NCBI GenBank assembly: GCA_963727445.1
Contig: CAVSGI010000006.1
Coordinates: 672,001 to 736,000 of the forward strand
DNA: 64,000 nt
Direction: 5' to 3'
Source: an uncultured delta proteobacterium
GTDB taxonomy: Bacteria; Myxococcota_A; Polyangia; Polyangiales; B10-G4
Numbering within the stretch: position 1 is the stretch's first letter; every line of letters starts with the position of its first letter. Below, piece after piece: positions 8,822 to 24,015 of the stretch. The notes below the pieces were generated by a model that made no database searches, was not told the DNA's origin, and saw nothing but the letters and a program-made list of their open reading frames with translations. Position numbers and translations under genes: made by a program.

Positions 8822-10056
8822 GCGGCCAGCGAGAAGGTGATCCGCGTTCCCTGGGCGGAGCTCTCGACCTTCACCTCGCCCCCGTGACGTTCGACGATGC
8901 GCTTGACGATGGACAGGCCGAGCCCGGTCCCGGCCTCCTTGGTGGTGACGAAGGGATCGAAGATGGTCTCGAGCACCTCCGGGGGGATACCAGGCCCGGT
9001 ATCGGCGACCCATATGTGCGTCTGATCGCCCGCCACCCTGCACCCGACCTCGACGCGCCCACCGCGTCCCCGCATCGACTCGACGGCGTTCGTCACCAGG
9101 TTCACCAGCACCTGCTTGATCTTCGAGCGGTCGGCGTCGACCACGGTGTCGTCGCAGAAGCCGATGGCCAGCACGACGTCCTCCTCGTCAGCCACGGGCT
9201 TTTCGAGCTCGACGACCTCCTCGACCAGGGGCAGGAGCGCGAAAGGCTCGCGCTCGATCCTCCGCTGGCGCGCGAGCGCCAGGAAGTCGTCCAGCATCTC
9301 GGAGAGCCGGGATAGCTCGTCGTTGACCAGGCCGACCCGATCGCGAATGCGCTCCGCCGTCTCCGTCGGCTCGACCTTCGACGCGGCCCGACCGATGAGC
9401 TCGAGCTGCAGCTTGGCGGCGTTCAGCGGGTTGCGCACCTCGTGGGCGAGCCCGGCGGTGAGGGTGCCGATGGTCGCGAGGGTTTCGTGGTGTGCAGCCA
9501 CCCTGGCCAGCTCCGCCTTCTCGTTCTGGATCTGGGCCAGGTCGTTGGTGAGGGCGCGCCGTTCGGAGCGCAGGCCGCTGGTATAGGCGTCGCGATACGA
9601 CTCGAGCATGATGGCCAGCTCGAGGTCGCAGATGCGATCGATGGAGGCGCACACGCGCTCGGACTCGTTCTTCGGGGCGATGGCGCCGGCGGCGTCTTTG
9701 AGGCCGCGCCGGATGAGATTCATCGCGGCGAACATGTAGCGCTGTTCGAGTCCGATGCGGACGTGGACCCGGCCGATCCGCGCGCGGCGGTGCAGATACT
9801 CCGAGTCGTAGACCCCGGAGAAGAGACCTCCGAGCCAGGTCGAGAGGCTCTTCTTGAGGCGCTCGATCTGCGCTTCGCTCTCGAGAACCGCCGATGCACC
9901 GGGGCTCTTCGCCACCGCCACGTAGAACTCGTCGATGATGGAGGGGAAATACGGCGCGACCAGGGGGTGCGCCGCCTTCAGGCGCGCCGCGTCCTCGGAG
10001 CTGAGGCCGATGTACTCGGCGACTTCTTCGAGGATCGACTTCATTGGGCCCGCCAT
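8794..10056 (-). CDS. Globin-coupled (protoglobin) sensor histidine kinase
   Basis: Globin sensor domain (IDEFY, QIERLKKSLSTWL, RARIGRVHVRIGL), HisKA AHEVRNPL and HATPase boxes (NLVTNA, DTGPGI, FVTTK, GTGLGL). Confidence 0.92.
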   Translation of the reverse strand: MAGPMKSILEEVAEYIGLSSEDAARLKAAHPLVAPYFPSIIDEFYVAVAKSPGASAVLESEAQIERLKKSLSTWLGGLFSGVYDSEYLHRRARIGRVHVRIGLEQRYMFAAMNLIRRGLKDAAGAIAPKNESERVCASIDRICDLELAIMLESYRDAYTSGLRSERRALTNDLAQIQNEKAELARVAAHHETLATIGTLTAGLAHEVRNPLNAAKLQLELIGRAASKVEPTETAERIRDRVGLVNDELSRLSEMLDDFLALARQRRIEREPFALLPLVEEVVELEKPVADEEDVVLAIGFCDDTVVDADRSKIKQVLVNLVTNAVESMRGRGGRVEVGCRVAGDQTHIWVADTGPGIPPEVLETIFDPFVTTKEAGTGLGLSIVKRIVERHGGEVKVESSAQGTRITFSLAAQPSATSAV

Positions 10057-10063
10057 GTGACGC

Positions 10064-11443
10064 CTAGGGAACGGTGAGCACGGGAATCGTCGCCTCTCGG
10101 ACGACCTTTTCGGCGACGCTGCCGAGGAGGAGGCGCTCGACTCCGGCGCGTCCGGTGGTGCCGACGATCAGGAGGTCGGCATGATGGGCGCGGGCACGGC
10201 GAACAATCTGGTCGACCGGCCGGCCGACCGCCAGCTCCGTCTCCACCGAGCCTGCACCTTCGCCGAAGACGTCGGCGACGAGAGTTCGGAGCGCTTCCTC
10301 GAGCTGGGCCTTCGCGCCCTCGGGGAGGGCGGAGGCGCGGGGCGCGTCGAGGCCGCGTCCGACGATGCCGCGGCGAACGTCCCCGGGGTCGTCGAAGACG
10401 TGAACCACCCAGACCTTCGCGCCGAGCGACCGCCCGAGCTCGCGTGCTGTTTCGAGGGCCCGGTGCGCCGGCTCGCTGAAGTCAGTCGCGACGACGATTC
10501 GGCTCGGACCGATGCGCGCGGGCTCGGGAAGAACGGGTGGGTAGAGCGGAGACGTGGCGTGCGGCGCGTCGCGCACCACCAGCACCGGCCGCGTGGCGGT
10601 ACGCAGCATGGCCTCGGCGGTGCTGCCGAGGAAGAGGCGCGCGAGACCCGATCGCCCATGCGTTCCCACGACGATCACCGAAGCGTTCCAGTCCTCGGCT
10701 TCCTGGTTCAGAGCGTCCTGGGCGCGGGCGATGCTCTTGATCTGTGCGCTCTCGGCCGCTTCGCCGAGCTCGGTCGACACCAGCGCCCTCAGGTGCGCGG
10801 CGTCCTCCTTCATGGCCTGGTCGCGGAGGATCTCCTGCGGCGAGCGATCGATCTCGTCGTCCTCGCGGTTGAGCGGCGCCACCACCTGCACCACGCGGAT
10901 CGCGTCGCCGTCCATCGCGAGTGCCCGCGTCGCGCGCAGCGCACGAACGCTGTGGCTCGACAGGTCGGCGCCCACCAGCCACCGCGCGCCCTCGAGGTCG
11001 ATGGGCCCGCCCCCGGGTGCCACGAAGATCGGGCACGGCGCGCGCCGACAGACCTGATCGATGGTCCGTGCCAGGAGCGTCTTGTCCTCGTGGCGCCGGC
11101 CGAGGACGATCAGGGTCGGCTTCGATTCCTGCGCTTCGTGGAGGATGGCGTCCGCGGGGGTCGCCCCTTCGATGAGCTTCGCCTCCACCGCACAGCCGGC
11201 TGCCGAGAGGCGCGCGCGGGTGGCCTCGAGCTTCTTCTCGGCTTCCGCTCGCCGGTCCGAGAGTCGGTGCTCGAGCTCCTCGATCGCTGGGGCGACCGAC
11301 GCCGGCGCGTCCACGTGGGCTGTGGGATCACAGGCGTGGACCAGGAGCATTTTGGCGTTCAGGGCACGACAGGCCGCGGCCCCGAGATCGGGCGCGGCGT
11401 CGTCCTCGAGGTCTGTGGCGCAGAGCAAGAGCTTGTCGGTCAT
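10064..11443 (-). CDS. Universal stress protein with three tandem USP domains
   Basis: Three USP folds (LLCATD..., LVGADLS...GTHGRSGLARLFLGSTAE, IVVATDFS...GTTGRAGVERLLLGSVAE). ATG at 11443 is preceded by a GGAG RBS. Confidence 0.9.
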   Translation of the reverse strand: MTDKLLLCATDLEDDAAPDLGAAACRALNAKMLLVHACDPTAHVDAPASVAPAIEELEHRLSDRRAEAEKKLEATRARLSAAGCAVEAKLIEGATPADAILHEAQESKPTLIVLGRRHEDKTLLARTIDQVCRRAPCPIFVAPGGGPIDLEGARWLVGADLSSHSVRALRATRALAMDGDAIRVVQVVAPLNREDDEIDRSPQEILRDQAMKEDAAHLRALVSTELGEAAESAQIKSIARAQDALNQEAEDWNASVIVVGTHGRSGLARLFLGSTAEAMLRTATRPVLVVRDAPHATSPLYPPVLPEPARIGPSRIVVATDFSEPAHRALETARELGRSLGAKVWVVHVFDDPGDVRRGIVGRGLDAPRASALPEGAKAQLEEALRTLVADVFGEGAGSVETELAVGRPVDQIVRRARAHHADLLIVGTTGRAGVERLLLGSVAEKVVREATIPVLTVP

Positions 11444-11469
11444 TCGGGTCTCCAGCGCTTCAGCAGTGG

Positions 11470-11486
11470 TGCGATCGTCGTGCCAG
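11470..11486 (-). promoter_or_regulatory. Sigma54 promoter for the triple-USP / globin kinase operon
   Basis: Minus strand CTGGCACGACGATCGCA is close to consensus YTGGCACG-N4-TTGCW and lies about 27 nt upstream of the ATG. Confidence 0.75.
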
Positions 11487-11569
11487 CGTGAGGGAAGGCC
11501 TTTCTTTGGCGCGTCCCGTGCTTTATCAGGGCAGTGTATGGTGATTCCAGAGTCATCACTCGCCGGCGG

Positions 11570-11584
11570 GCGCAAATATTGCGT
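11570..11584. promoter_or_regulatory. Palindromic GCGCA-N5-TGCGT site, putative activator enhancer
   Basis: GCGCAAATATTGCGT sits in the divergent USP intergenic region about 85-100 bp upstream of the sigma54 element. Same core as the sites at 5639 and 5669. Confidence 0.6.
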
Positions 11585-11628
11585 GCGACCGCGGCTGTGG
11601 CGCCAGGCCTGCGCAGATAGGAGCTGAC

Positions 11629-12072
11629 ATGCCCGAAATCAAGAAGATCCTGAGCCCGGTCGATTTTTCGGAGACCTCCGAAGCGGCGCTCCGCTATGCG
11701 ATCGATTTGGCGTCTCGCCTGGGTGCGAAGATCGAGGTCGTCCACGCCTTCTCACCACCGTCCTTCGCTTTGCCAGATGGCGCAATCATCGCCCAGCCTG
11801 GCTACCTCGCCGAGGTCAGCAACGAGCTGCAGAAGTCCCTGGACGAGCTCGTCCGTCGATACTCGGGGCGGGGGGTGCCTCTCGAAGGCAAGCTCGTCGA
11901 AGGGATCCCGGCAGCGGAGATCACGCGTCTGGCCGAGGAGGACGAGGCCAGCCTGGTGGTCATGGGCACCCATGGTCGTACGGGGCTGAAGCACTTCCTC
12001 TTGGGGAGCGTGGCCGAACGGGTCGTGCGAACCTGCAAGGTTCCGGTGCTGACCGTTCCCAGCGCGGGGTGA
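11629..12072 (+). CDS. Universal stress protein (single domain)
   Basis: KKILSPVDFSE...LVVMGTHGRTGLKHFLLGSVAERVVR; AGGAG RBS. Confidence 0.95.
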   Translation: MPEIKKILSPVDFSETSEAALRYAIDLASRLGAKIEVVHAFSPPSFALPDGAIIAQPGYLAEVSNELQKSLDELVRRYSGRGVPLEGKLVEGIPAAEITRLAEEDEASLVVMGTHGRTGLKHFLLGSVAERVVRTCKVPVLTVPSAG

Positions 12073-12466
12073 GGAGCTGAGATGGCCGACAAACCACAGA
12101 AGGTCGCCGACATCATGACCCGAGAGGTCGTGACGGTTCGCGAAGAAGAAAACCTGGTGAAGGTTCTCGAGGGGCTCGACCGCTATGGCTTCCGCCACCT
12201 GCCGGTCGTGGACGGCAAGAAGCTGGTGGGTCTCGTGACGCACCGCGACATGCTCAAGGCCTCGATCAGCAGCCTGGTTCCGAGCGGCACCCGGGACGCC
12301 ATGGAGGCTCAGCTCGAAGAGAACGCCTTCGTCGCGAAGATCATGAGCCGTGACGTAGACACCGTGACGCCCGACACGCCCATCGCGGAGGCGGCGAGGC
12401 GGATGCGCGATCACAAGTTCGGCTGCTTGCCGGTGGTCGACGAAAACGAGGAGCTCGTCGGTATCC

Positions 12467-15295
<2,829 letters not shown>

Positions 15296-15319
15296 CGAAA
15301 CGGGCCGATGCTACCCCTC

Positions 15320-15613
15320 CTAGGGGAGCTTGCGGAAGTTGAGCTTGGCCAGGTCGAGGGCGTCGTCTTTGAGCAGAACCTCCTCGTCGATGGACTCGAC
15401 GTCCTCGGCGTTGATCATGGTGATCCGCCCGCCGGTGACCGCAGGCTCCGAGAGGCTTAGGCGCTCGAGAAGATCGCGGCTCGCTTCACATTTCAGCCCG
15501 GTGATCCGCAGAGTCCTGACGTCGACCTCCACGCCACGGACCTCACCGACGACCATCCCGTCTTTCGAGCGAATCTTCTTGTCGAGCAACTTCGATGCGT
15601 CGACCCTGGACAT
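15320..15613 (-). CDS. PRC-barrel domain protein
   Basis: [26 protein letters not shown]...RITGL fits the PRC-barrel pattern. Confidence 0.75.
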   Translation of the reverse strand: MSRVDASKLLDKKIRSKDGMVVGEVRGVEVDVRTLRITGLKCEASRDLLERLSLSEPAVTGGRITMINAEDVESIDEEVLLKDDALDLAKLNFRKLP

Positions 15614-15721
15614 GCGCCACCCATCCTTTCAGGGGGAGAAATACGCGCCGCAGGCTCCCCTAGCAAGCCCCATAGGAACCGTAGCCAGCCAGTGCCACGG
15701 CGGAGGGGCGGGGGCCGCCGC

Positions 15722-16609
<888 letters not shown>

Positions 16610-16685
16610 AGGCGTCCTGTGACGGTGCTCGTCAGGTTATGAAGTAGATGACCATGAGTCAATACGATGCTTCCAATGACGACGG

Positions 16686-16704
16686 ATCATTGCTGCGCAA
16701 TGAT
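16686..16704. promoter_or_regulatory. Perfect palindrome ATCATTGC-N3-GCAATGAT, operator-like
   Basis: AT-rich 8-3-8 inverted repeat between divergent genes. Confidence 0.4.
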
Positions 16705-16729
16705 GGGGGATCTGGTAAGGAGATGTGGG

Positions 16730-17368
16730 ATGGCGGTCTTCCTCGCGGTCGCGGGCAACATCGGCTCCGGAAAGACGACGCTGACTCGCCGCCTCGTCGC
16801 GCGGCTCGGCTTCAAGGGCCTCTACGAGAGCACCGTCGACAATCCGTACCTCGCGGACTTCTACGAGGACATGAACCGCTTTGCGCTGCCCTTGCAGCTG
16901 CGCTTTCTGGCTCAACGCGTGCGTGACACGCGCGACGTCCAGGTCGCGGGGATCGCCGCGATCCAGGACCGGACGTGCTATGAGGACGCGGAGATCTTCG
17001 CCGCGAACCTCCACGGCCGAGGCGACATGGACGCGCGGGATTTCGGGACTTATGGGTTGGTGGCGGAGCAACTCCTTCGTGGCCTCGACCCGCCCGATCT
17101 CCTCGTCTACCTCCGGCGATCCACCGCCAGCTGTCGCGCCAACATTCGCGAGAGGGGACGCGACTACGAGCAGTCCATGCCCTCCGGCTACCTCGAGGAT
17201 CTCGGACTGAGGTACGACCGTTGGTTCGAGAGCTACGACGAGGGCCCGAAGATGCGCGTGGTCGCCGAAGAACACGACTTCCTCCACTCGGAGGACGATC
17301 TCGAGGCCCTGGTCGGTCGGATCCAAGAGTCGTTGCCGCAGCCCATGCTCCCCTTCGCCGAGGGCTGA
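16730..17368 (+). CDS. Deoxynucleoside kinase (dNK family)
   Basis: AVAGNIGSGKTT P-loop, NPYLADFY, QDRT, PDLLVYL and RGRDYE. Confidence 0.92.
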   Translation: MAVFLAVAGNIGSGKTTLTRRLVARLGFKGLYESTVDNPYLADFYEDMNRFALPLQLRFLAQRVRDTRDVQVAGIAAIQDRTCYEDAEIFAANLHGRGDMDARDFGTYGLVAEQLLRGLDPPDLLVYLRRSTASCRANIRERGRDYEQSMPSGYLEDLGLRYDRWFESYDEGPKMRVVAEEHDFLHSEDDLEALVGRIQESLPQPMLPFAEG

Positions 17369-18930
17369 TGCCGCGGATGGCTGCTGTTTCGGCCCTCCCG
17401 TTGGCGATGCTCCTCACCGCGTGTGCCGGTGCTGGTCCAGGGCCTCCGCCGCCCGCGTCACGTCCCGCTTCTCACACCTATCGCGGCGCCTTGAGCTTCG
17501 AAGCCCGCACCCCGACGCCCACCGGGGCTTCGAGCGTGACCGAGACGCGCCCTGCGCGACGTGTCTCGCTCGTCGTGCGCGACGACGGGGGGACCATCCT
17601 CGCGCGCACGGCGACCGACGACGAGGGGCGCTTCACCTTCGAGGCGCCGCTTGGCGCGACGCTCCGCATCGTCGCCGAGATCGCATCGGAGCGACTCACG
17701 GTCACCAGCGATGCGCTGGGGAGGACCCCGCGCACGCGCGAGCTCACGCTCGGTTCGCCCGATCAGCCGCTCGAGATCGCGGTGCACGACGGCGACGAAG
17801 ACGGCCTGTCGGGCGCGCTGCACATCCTCGACGTCGAGCTCGAAGGCGCGCTCGCGGTGCGGCGCTGGCTTTCGGAGGAGCTGCCGCCGCTCTTCACCCA
17901 TTGGGGGCGCGGTGAGACGACGGTGTGGAGCTTCTATCACGGCGAGCGACCGTCGGGCTCGGGGCGCTTCGCCCTCGAGCTGATGGGCGGCGATCCCGGA
18001 GCGCAGCGGACGACGGACACCGACGAGCACGACGAAGCCATCGTCCTGCACGAGATGGGTCACTTCGTGATGGACCGCCTCACCACCGATTCCTCCGCTG
18101 GGGGCGATCACCCGACCGGCCACCTCTACGATCCCGGTCTTGCGTGGGAAGAGGCGCGGGCGAGCTTCTTCGCGGCAGCGGTGCTCGGCGCGCCGCTCTA
18201 CTGGGACACCATCGGCGTCGAGCCGTCGGGGAGCCTGCGCATCAGCCACGACCTGGAGCGCGGGATGCCGGGGCCCAAGGGCCTGGGCTCGGAGCAGGGA
18301 ACCGCGGAGATCCTCTGGGACCTGGCCGATGGCGCCGGGGGCCTCCCGGACGACGATCGCGATCCGATCGCGCTCGGCCCCGCGGGCGTGCTCCGCGCGA
18401 TGATGAGCCTCGCCGAGGAGCCAGAGAGCTTTCCCTGCATCTCCAGCTTCCTGCGTCACGTGGTGGACGCGGGGCTGGCGACGGAGGAAGAGGTGCGCGA
18501 GCTCCTGGCGCGAGGAGGGCACCCGACGGACCTCCTTCCACCGGCGGGGAACACCCCCTGGCCCGCGCCCCTGTCGCTCCCAGGCACGGCCTCGGGCAAG
18601 ATCGACGGTCTCAGCGATCCCGCGCCCAGCGGCGGCGCCGCGCGGCCCCAGAACGGCTTCGACGCCATGCACGCCTATCGCGTGGTGGTGGACGCGCCCG
18701 GAAGGCTCTCGGTCCGCCTCGTGATCTTCGGCAGCGGCGAGGGGGATCAGCACGAGGACCTGGACGTGGAGGTACGCGATCGGAACGCCGACCTCTTGGT
18801 CGCTTCCCGGGGTCAGGATCCCTCGGAGAGCGTGACGGTGGCGGTCGAGCCGGGCGTTTACATCGTCTACGTCCGGGACGGCGGCCAGGGCAACCGCGTC
18901 GGCTACGAGGTTCGCGTCGAGCTCGAGTGA
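17368..18930 (+). CDS. Secreted lipoprotein, putative zinc metallopeptidase with C-terminal PPC-like domain
   Basis: Lipobox LLTAC, IVLHEMGH plus a downstream WEE (gluzincin-like third ligand), and a C-terminal DLDVEV...ESVTV..PGVYIVYV. Confidence 0.7.
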   Translation: MPRMAAVSALPLAMLLTACAGAGPGPPPPASRPASHTYRGALSFEARTPTPTGASSVTETRPARRVSLVVRDDGGTILARTATDDEGRFTFEAPLGATLRIVAEIASERLTVTSDALGRTPRTRELTLGSPDQPLEIAVHDGDEDGLSGALHILDVELEGALAVRRWLSEELPPLFTHWGRGETTVWSFYHGERPSGSGRFALELMGGDPGAQRTTDTDEHDEAIVLHEMGHFVMDRLTTDSSAGGDHPTGHLYDPGLAWEEARASFFAAAVLGAPLYWDTIGVEPSGSLRISHDLERGMPGPKGLGSEQGTAEILWDLADGAGGLPDDDRDPIALGPAGVLRAMMSLAEEPESFPCISSFLRHVVDAGLATEEEVRELLARGGHPTDLLPPAGNTPWPAPLSLPGTASGKIDGLSDPAPSGGAARPQNGFDAMHAYRVVVDAPGRLSVRLVIFGSGEGDQHEDLDVEVRDRNADLLVASRGQDPSESVTVAVEPGVYIVYVRDGGQGNRVGYEVRVELE

Positions 18931-18947
18931 GCAGATGTGCTGCGAGC

Positions 18948-19577
18948 TCAGTCGCGCACCGGCTTGCCGACCAGGCGCGGCGGCCGAGGCGACTTGCTCT
19001 GCCCATCGTCGTCCTTCGAGCTGGGGTCGTAGGCGTCGATGAAGTGCAGGTTCTCGTAGTTGATCAGGAAGTGCGCGATCACCGGCGCGAGGAGCTCGCC
19101 GGTCGCGGCGTACAGCGCGCCGAACACCCAGCCCATGGTCGCCGCCCAGATCGTCCAGGGCAGAAAGCTCTTTCGAGGGCCGACGTGCACCAGGCCGAAG
19201 AGGAGACCGGAGAGCAACAGACCGAGGGCAGGCTGCATCGCGCCGCGGAAGAGCATCTCTTCGGCGATGCCCGAGGTGAGGGCGAAGACCGCGATCTCGG
19301 GCCCGGTGAGAGGGCCGAGCAGGGAACGGAACTCGCTGTGGAGGCGGCGCGCCCAGGTGGCCCGGCGCACGAAGACCCGCGTGAGCGCGATCACCAAGAC
19401 CCCCACGGCGACCCCCGAGGCGATGGCGAGCCCGGTGGAGACGGGAAACGCGAGGCCCAGCCACGGCTCGGGGTAGTGATAGAGGTCGACGTTTCCGCGG
19501 ATGGCACCCCAGGCCAGCGCACCCGAGGCGACGAGACCGTAGAACACGATGGAGAGGGCGATGCGGCGGTCGGGCAC
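18948..19577 (-). CDS. CPBP (Abi/CAAX) family intramembrane glutamic endopeptidase
   Basis: AEEMLFRG, FGLVH and AHFLIN motifs with multiple TM helices. Start is inferred. Confidence 0.88.
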   Translation of the reverse strand: MPDRRIALSIVFYGLVASGALAWGAIRGNVDLYHYPEPWLGLAFPVSTGLAIASGVAVGVLVIALTRVFVRRATWARRLHSEFRSLLGPLTGPEIAVFALTSGIAEEMLFRGAMQPALGLLLSGLLFGLVHVGPRKSFLPWTIWAATMGWVFGALYAATGELLAPVIAHFLINYENLHFIDAYDPSSKDDDGQSKSPRPPRLVGKPVRD

Positions 19578-19630
19578 GAGGAACGATTGCTCTATCAGCC
19601 CGGACTTTGCTCGGCAAATCAGGACGCTGA

Positions 19631-19660
19631 TTGACACTCGGGGGGCCCGCGGCCTATCAC
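19631..19660 (+). promoter_or_regulatory. Putative sigma70 promoter of the HD-GYP gene
   Basis: TTGACA-N18-TATCAC, about 30 nt upstream of the ATG at 19692. Confidence 0.4.
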
Positions 19661-19691
19661 CATTGTCGTCAACGTGGGCGGTGAACCTGCA

Positions 19692-21214
<1,523 letters not shown>

Positions 21215-21248
21215 GGCGACGCGCTCGCGCGCCGAGCGCGCGGGGTCG

Positions 21249-22187
21249 TCACTCCACGAGTACTTCCAGCGTGTAGGGGGCGCAGGTGTTGTCCCACATG
21301 CTGGAGGTGACGCGGATGAAGGCGATGCCGGTCTCGTCGAGCGTGCCGGTGCAGTTGGTCTCGAGGCGGACGTGCTCGCGCATGGTGCTGGGGCCGGCGG
21401 AGGTGCAGCCGGCGCCGATCATCGCGTCCGCGCCGCCCGGGTTGCAGTTCACCTCTTCGGTGCCGCTGTCGCAGACGAACCAGACGGCGAGGTCGTAGTT
21501 CGAGCCCGTGGGGATGCCAGAGAGCGTCACGTCGATGTCCGGGGCCGTGGAGAGGTTCGTCGCGTCCACGATGGTGGCGACGAACCAGTCTTCGTCGGTG
21601 TCGCTGGAGAGCGCGAAAGCGTCGAAGGTGTTGGAGGTGCCGCCGTCGTCGTAAGAGCCGATGTCGTAGGCGGAGTCGCGGCCGTCGTTCCTCTCGGCGG
21701 CGTCGTCCATGCAAGCGCACATCCCGTCCATCCCGCAGTCGGCGCCGCCCGGGCAGGTCCCACAGTCGAGGTCCATCCCGCAGCCGTCGGTCTGTGCCCC
21801 GCACTCGAAGCTCTGCTCCTCGCAGGTCATGGGGGTGCACAGGCAGGTGTCGCCGTCGCGGACGGCGGGCGGCTCGCAGGTGAAGTCGCAGGCGCCGAGG
21901 GCGGTGCAGCTGGCGACGCCCAGCGCCGGGGTGGGGCAGCTCTCGCCGCAGCCCATGCTGCAGCCGTTTTCGGGATCGTTGGCGAGGTCGTCGACGCAGC
22001 CGGCGCCGCAGCGGTGCTGGCCGGTGGGACAGGCGAACTCACCGGTGTCGGGCAGGCCGGAGTCGAGCGCCCCGTCCCCGCTGCTGCCGTCGCGAACGGA
22101 GGAGTCGAGGATGCCTATGTGGGAGTCGTCACCGCCGCAGGCGGCAACCGAGGCCAGGGCCAAGCAAAGGAAAAGACGTGGGTACAT
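21249..22187 (-). CDS. Cys-rich lipoprotein with PPC-like C-terminal domain
   Basis: Lipobox VAAC, repeated CG..C motifs (NDPENGC, CGAQTDGCG), then DEDWF...NYDLAV. Confidence 0.7.
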   Translation of the reverse strand: MYPRLFLCLALASVAACGGDDSHIGILDSSVRDGSSGDGALDSGLPDTGEFACPTGQHRCGAGCVDDLANDPENGCSMGCGESCPTPALGVASCTALGACDFTCEPPAVRDGDTCLCTPMTCEEQSFECGAQTDGCGMDLDCGTCPGGADCGMDGMCACMDDAAERNDGRDSAYDIGSYDDGGTSNTFDAFALSSDTDEDWFVATIVDATNLSTAPDIDVTLSGIPTGSNYDLAVWFVCDSGTEEVNCNPGGADAMIGAGCTSAGPSTMREHVRLETNCTGTLDETGIAFIRVTSSMWDNTCAPYTLEVLVE

Positions 22188-22201
22188 CGGGGACTATTGT
22201 A

Positions 22202-23935
22202 CTACTTGATGTCGAGGATGTAGCCCCCGTCGTCATACGTCCGGCTGGCGATGTCCTTGAGGAGCTCGTCCTCTTCGCGCTCCATCTTCTCGAGGCGGTC
22301 CTTGATCCGCGGCTCGGCGAGATGCGGAAGCCGTGGGCGAGCTCGATCTCGCGCTGCGCTCCCTCCTCGCCCTTCTGCTCGATGGTGCGGGTGGTCCGCG
22401 CCAGCACCGCCGACAGGGCGTAGAGATCGATCGCCACCTCGGCGATCCGCGCTTCTGAACGAACTGCTTCTCGGCGATGTCCTTGCCGTGCTTGCGCAGG
22501 ACCTGCTCCGCCTCGCGTGCGAGCGCGGCCACGCTCTCCTCGAAGAGCACCGCCTCGGCGCGGAGCGCCGGATGGACGCGCGTCGAAGCGCTCGCGTCCG
22601 AAGGCCGCGCGCGCCTGCTTCACGGCGAAGTCGTGAGAGCACGCCGAAGCCCTTGATCGGCTCGCGCATGGCCTCGCGCGACCTCCGCGAGCTGCTTGCC
22701 CGGGCTCTGAATGCCGGCCAGCGCGATGAAGGCGCGGAGGATCTCGTTGGTGCCCTCGAAGATCAGGTTGATGCGCGCGTCGCGCAGCATCCGCTCGTAG
22801 GGGTACTCCTTCATGTACCCGATGCCCGCCGCGATCTGCAGCGTACTCGTTCGCCACCATCCAGTAGGTCTCCGAGCCGAAGACCTTGCAGATGGCGCTC
22901 TCCAGCGAGTAGTCGTGAACGCCGGCGTCGATGAGCCCGGTCGTCAGGTAGGTCATCGACTCGAGCGCGTAGGTCTCGCACATCATCCGGGCGATCTTCT
23001 CCTTGATCATGCCGAACTCGCCGATGGGGCGCCCGAAGGCTTTGCGCTCGTTGGCGCGCTCCACCGCGAGCTGAAGCATGCGCTTGCAGCCGCCGAGGCA
23101 GCCTGCGGCGAGACCCATGCGCCCGCTGTTGAGCACCTCCATCGCGACCTTGAAACCGCGCCCCGCCTCGCCGAGGACGTTGGCGGCCGGCACCTTCACG
23201 TCCTCGAAGTAGAGGGTCGGTGGTGGAGGAGCCGCGGATGCCCATCTTCTCTTCGCTCGGGCCGTTCGTGACGCCCGAAGTTGCGCTCGACGATGAGCGC
23301 GGTGATCCGCGGCTTCATGTCCGCTGTCGGGCGCGCTGGTTCGGGCGAAGACGGTGAACACGTCGGCGAAGCCGCCGTTGGTGATCCAGATCTTCGAGCC
23401 GTTCAGGACGTAGTGTCTCGCCATCGTCCGAGAGCTCCGCGCGCGTCGTGATCGACGCAGCGTCACTGCCGGCGCCGGGCTCGGTGAGCGCGAAGCCGGC
23501 GACCCACTCGCCGGTCGCGAGCTTGGGGAGGTACTTCTTCTTCTGCGCTTCGGTGCCGAAGAGGAGGATCGCCTTGAGCCCGATCGACTGGTGCGCGCCG
23601 ATGGTGACCGCGAGGGAGCCGTCGAAGCCGGCGACCTCCTGCATGATGCGCGCGTAGGCGGTGTTCGACAGACCGAGGCCGCCGTACTCCTCGGGGATGG
23701 TCATCCCGAAGAGGCCGAGCTCCTTCATGCCCCGAAGCACCTCGTCCGGGATCTGGTGCTCCTCGTCGATCTTCGCGGAGTCGACGCGGGTCGCACAGAA
23801 CTTCCGGATCGAGTCGACCATCATGTCGACGTTTTCCTTCTCCTCGGAGGTCATCTCCGGGTAGGGAAAGATCATGTCCTCGGAGATGACCCCGTGAAAG
23901 AAGGCCTTCATGAAGCTCTGTTCGCGTTCGCTCAT
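22202..23935 (-). CDS. Acyl-CoA dehydrogenase (long, VLCAD/ACAD9-like; several indels)
   Basis: [74 protein letters not shown] spread over shifted frames. Confidence 0.9.
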
Positions 23936-24015
23936 GGCGAGGTGAGTACCGCGCGCCGGGCGTCGAATTCAAGGAGTGGCCCCCACGGGCGCGCGTCTCG
24001 ACTATCTTCGCGCGC

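Noticed and set aside
11598..11613. Sigma54 promoter for the plus-strand USP (TGGCGCCAGGCCTGCG)
   Set aside because: Spacing fits but the match is weak, and the predicted start site would fall downstream of the gene's own AGGAG ribosome-binding site.
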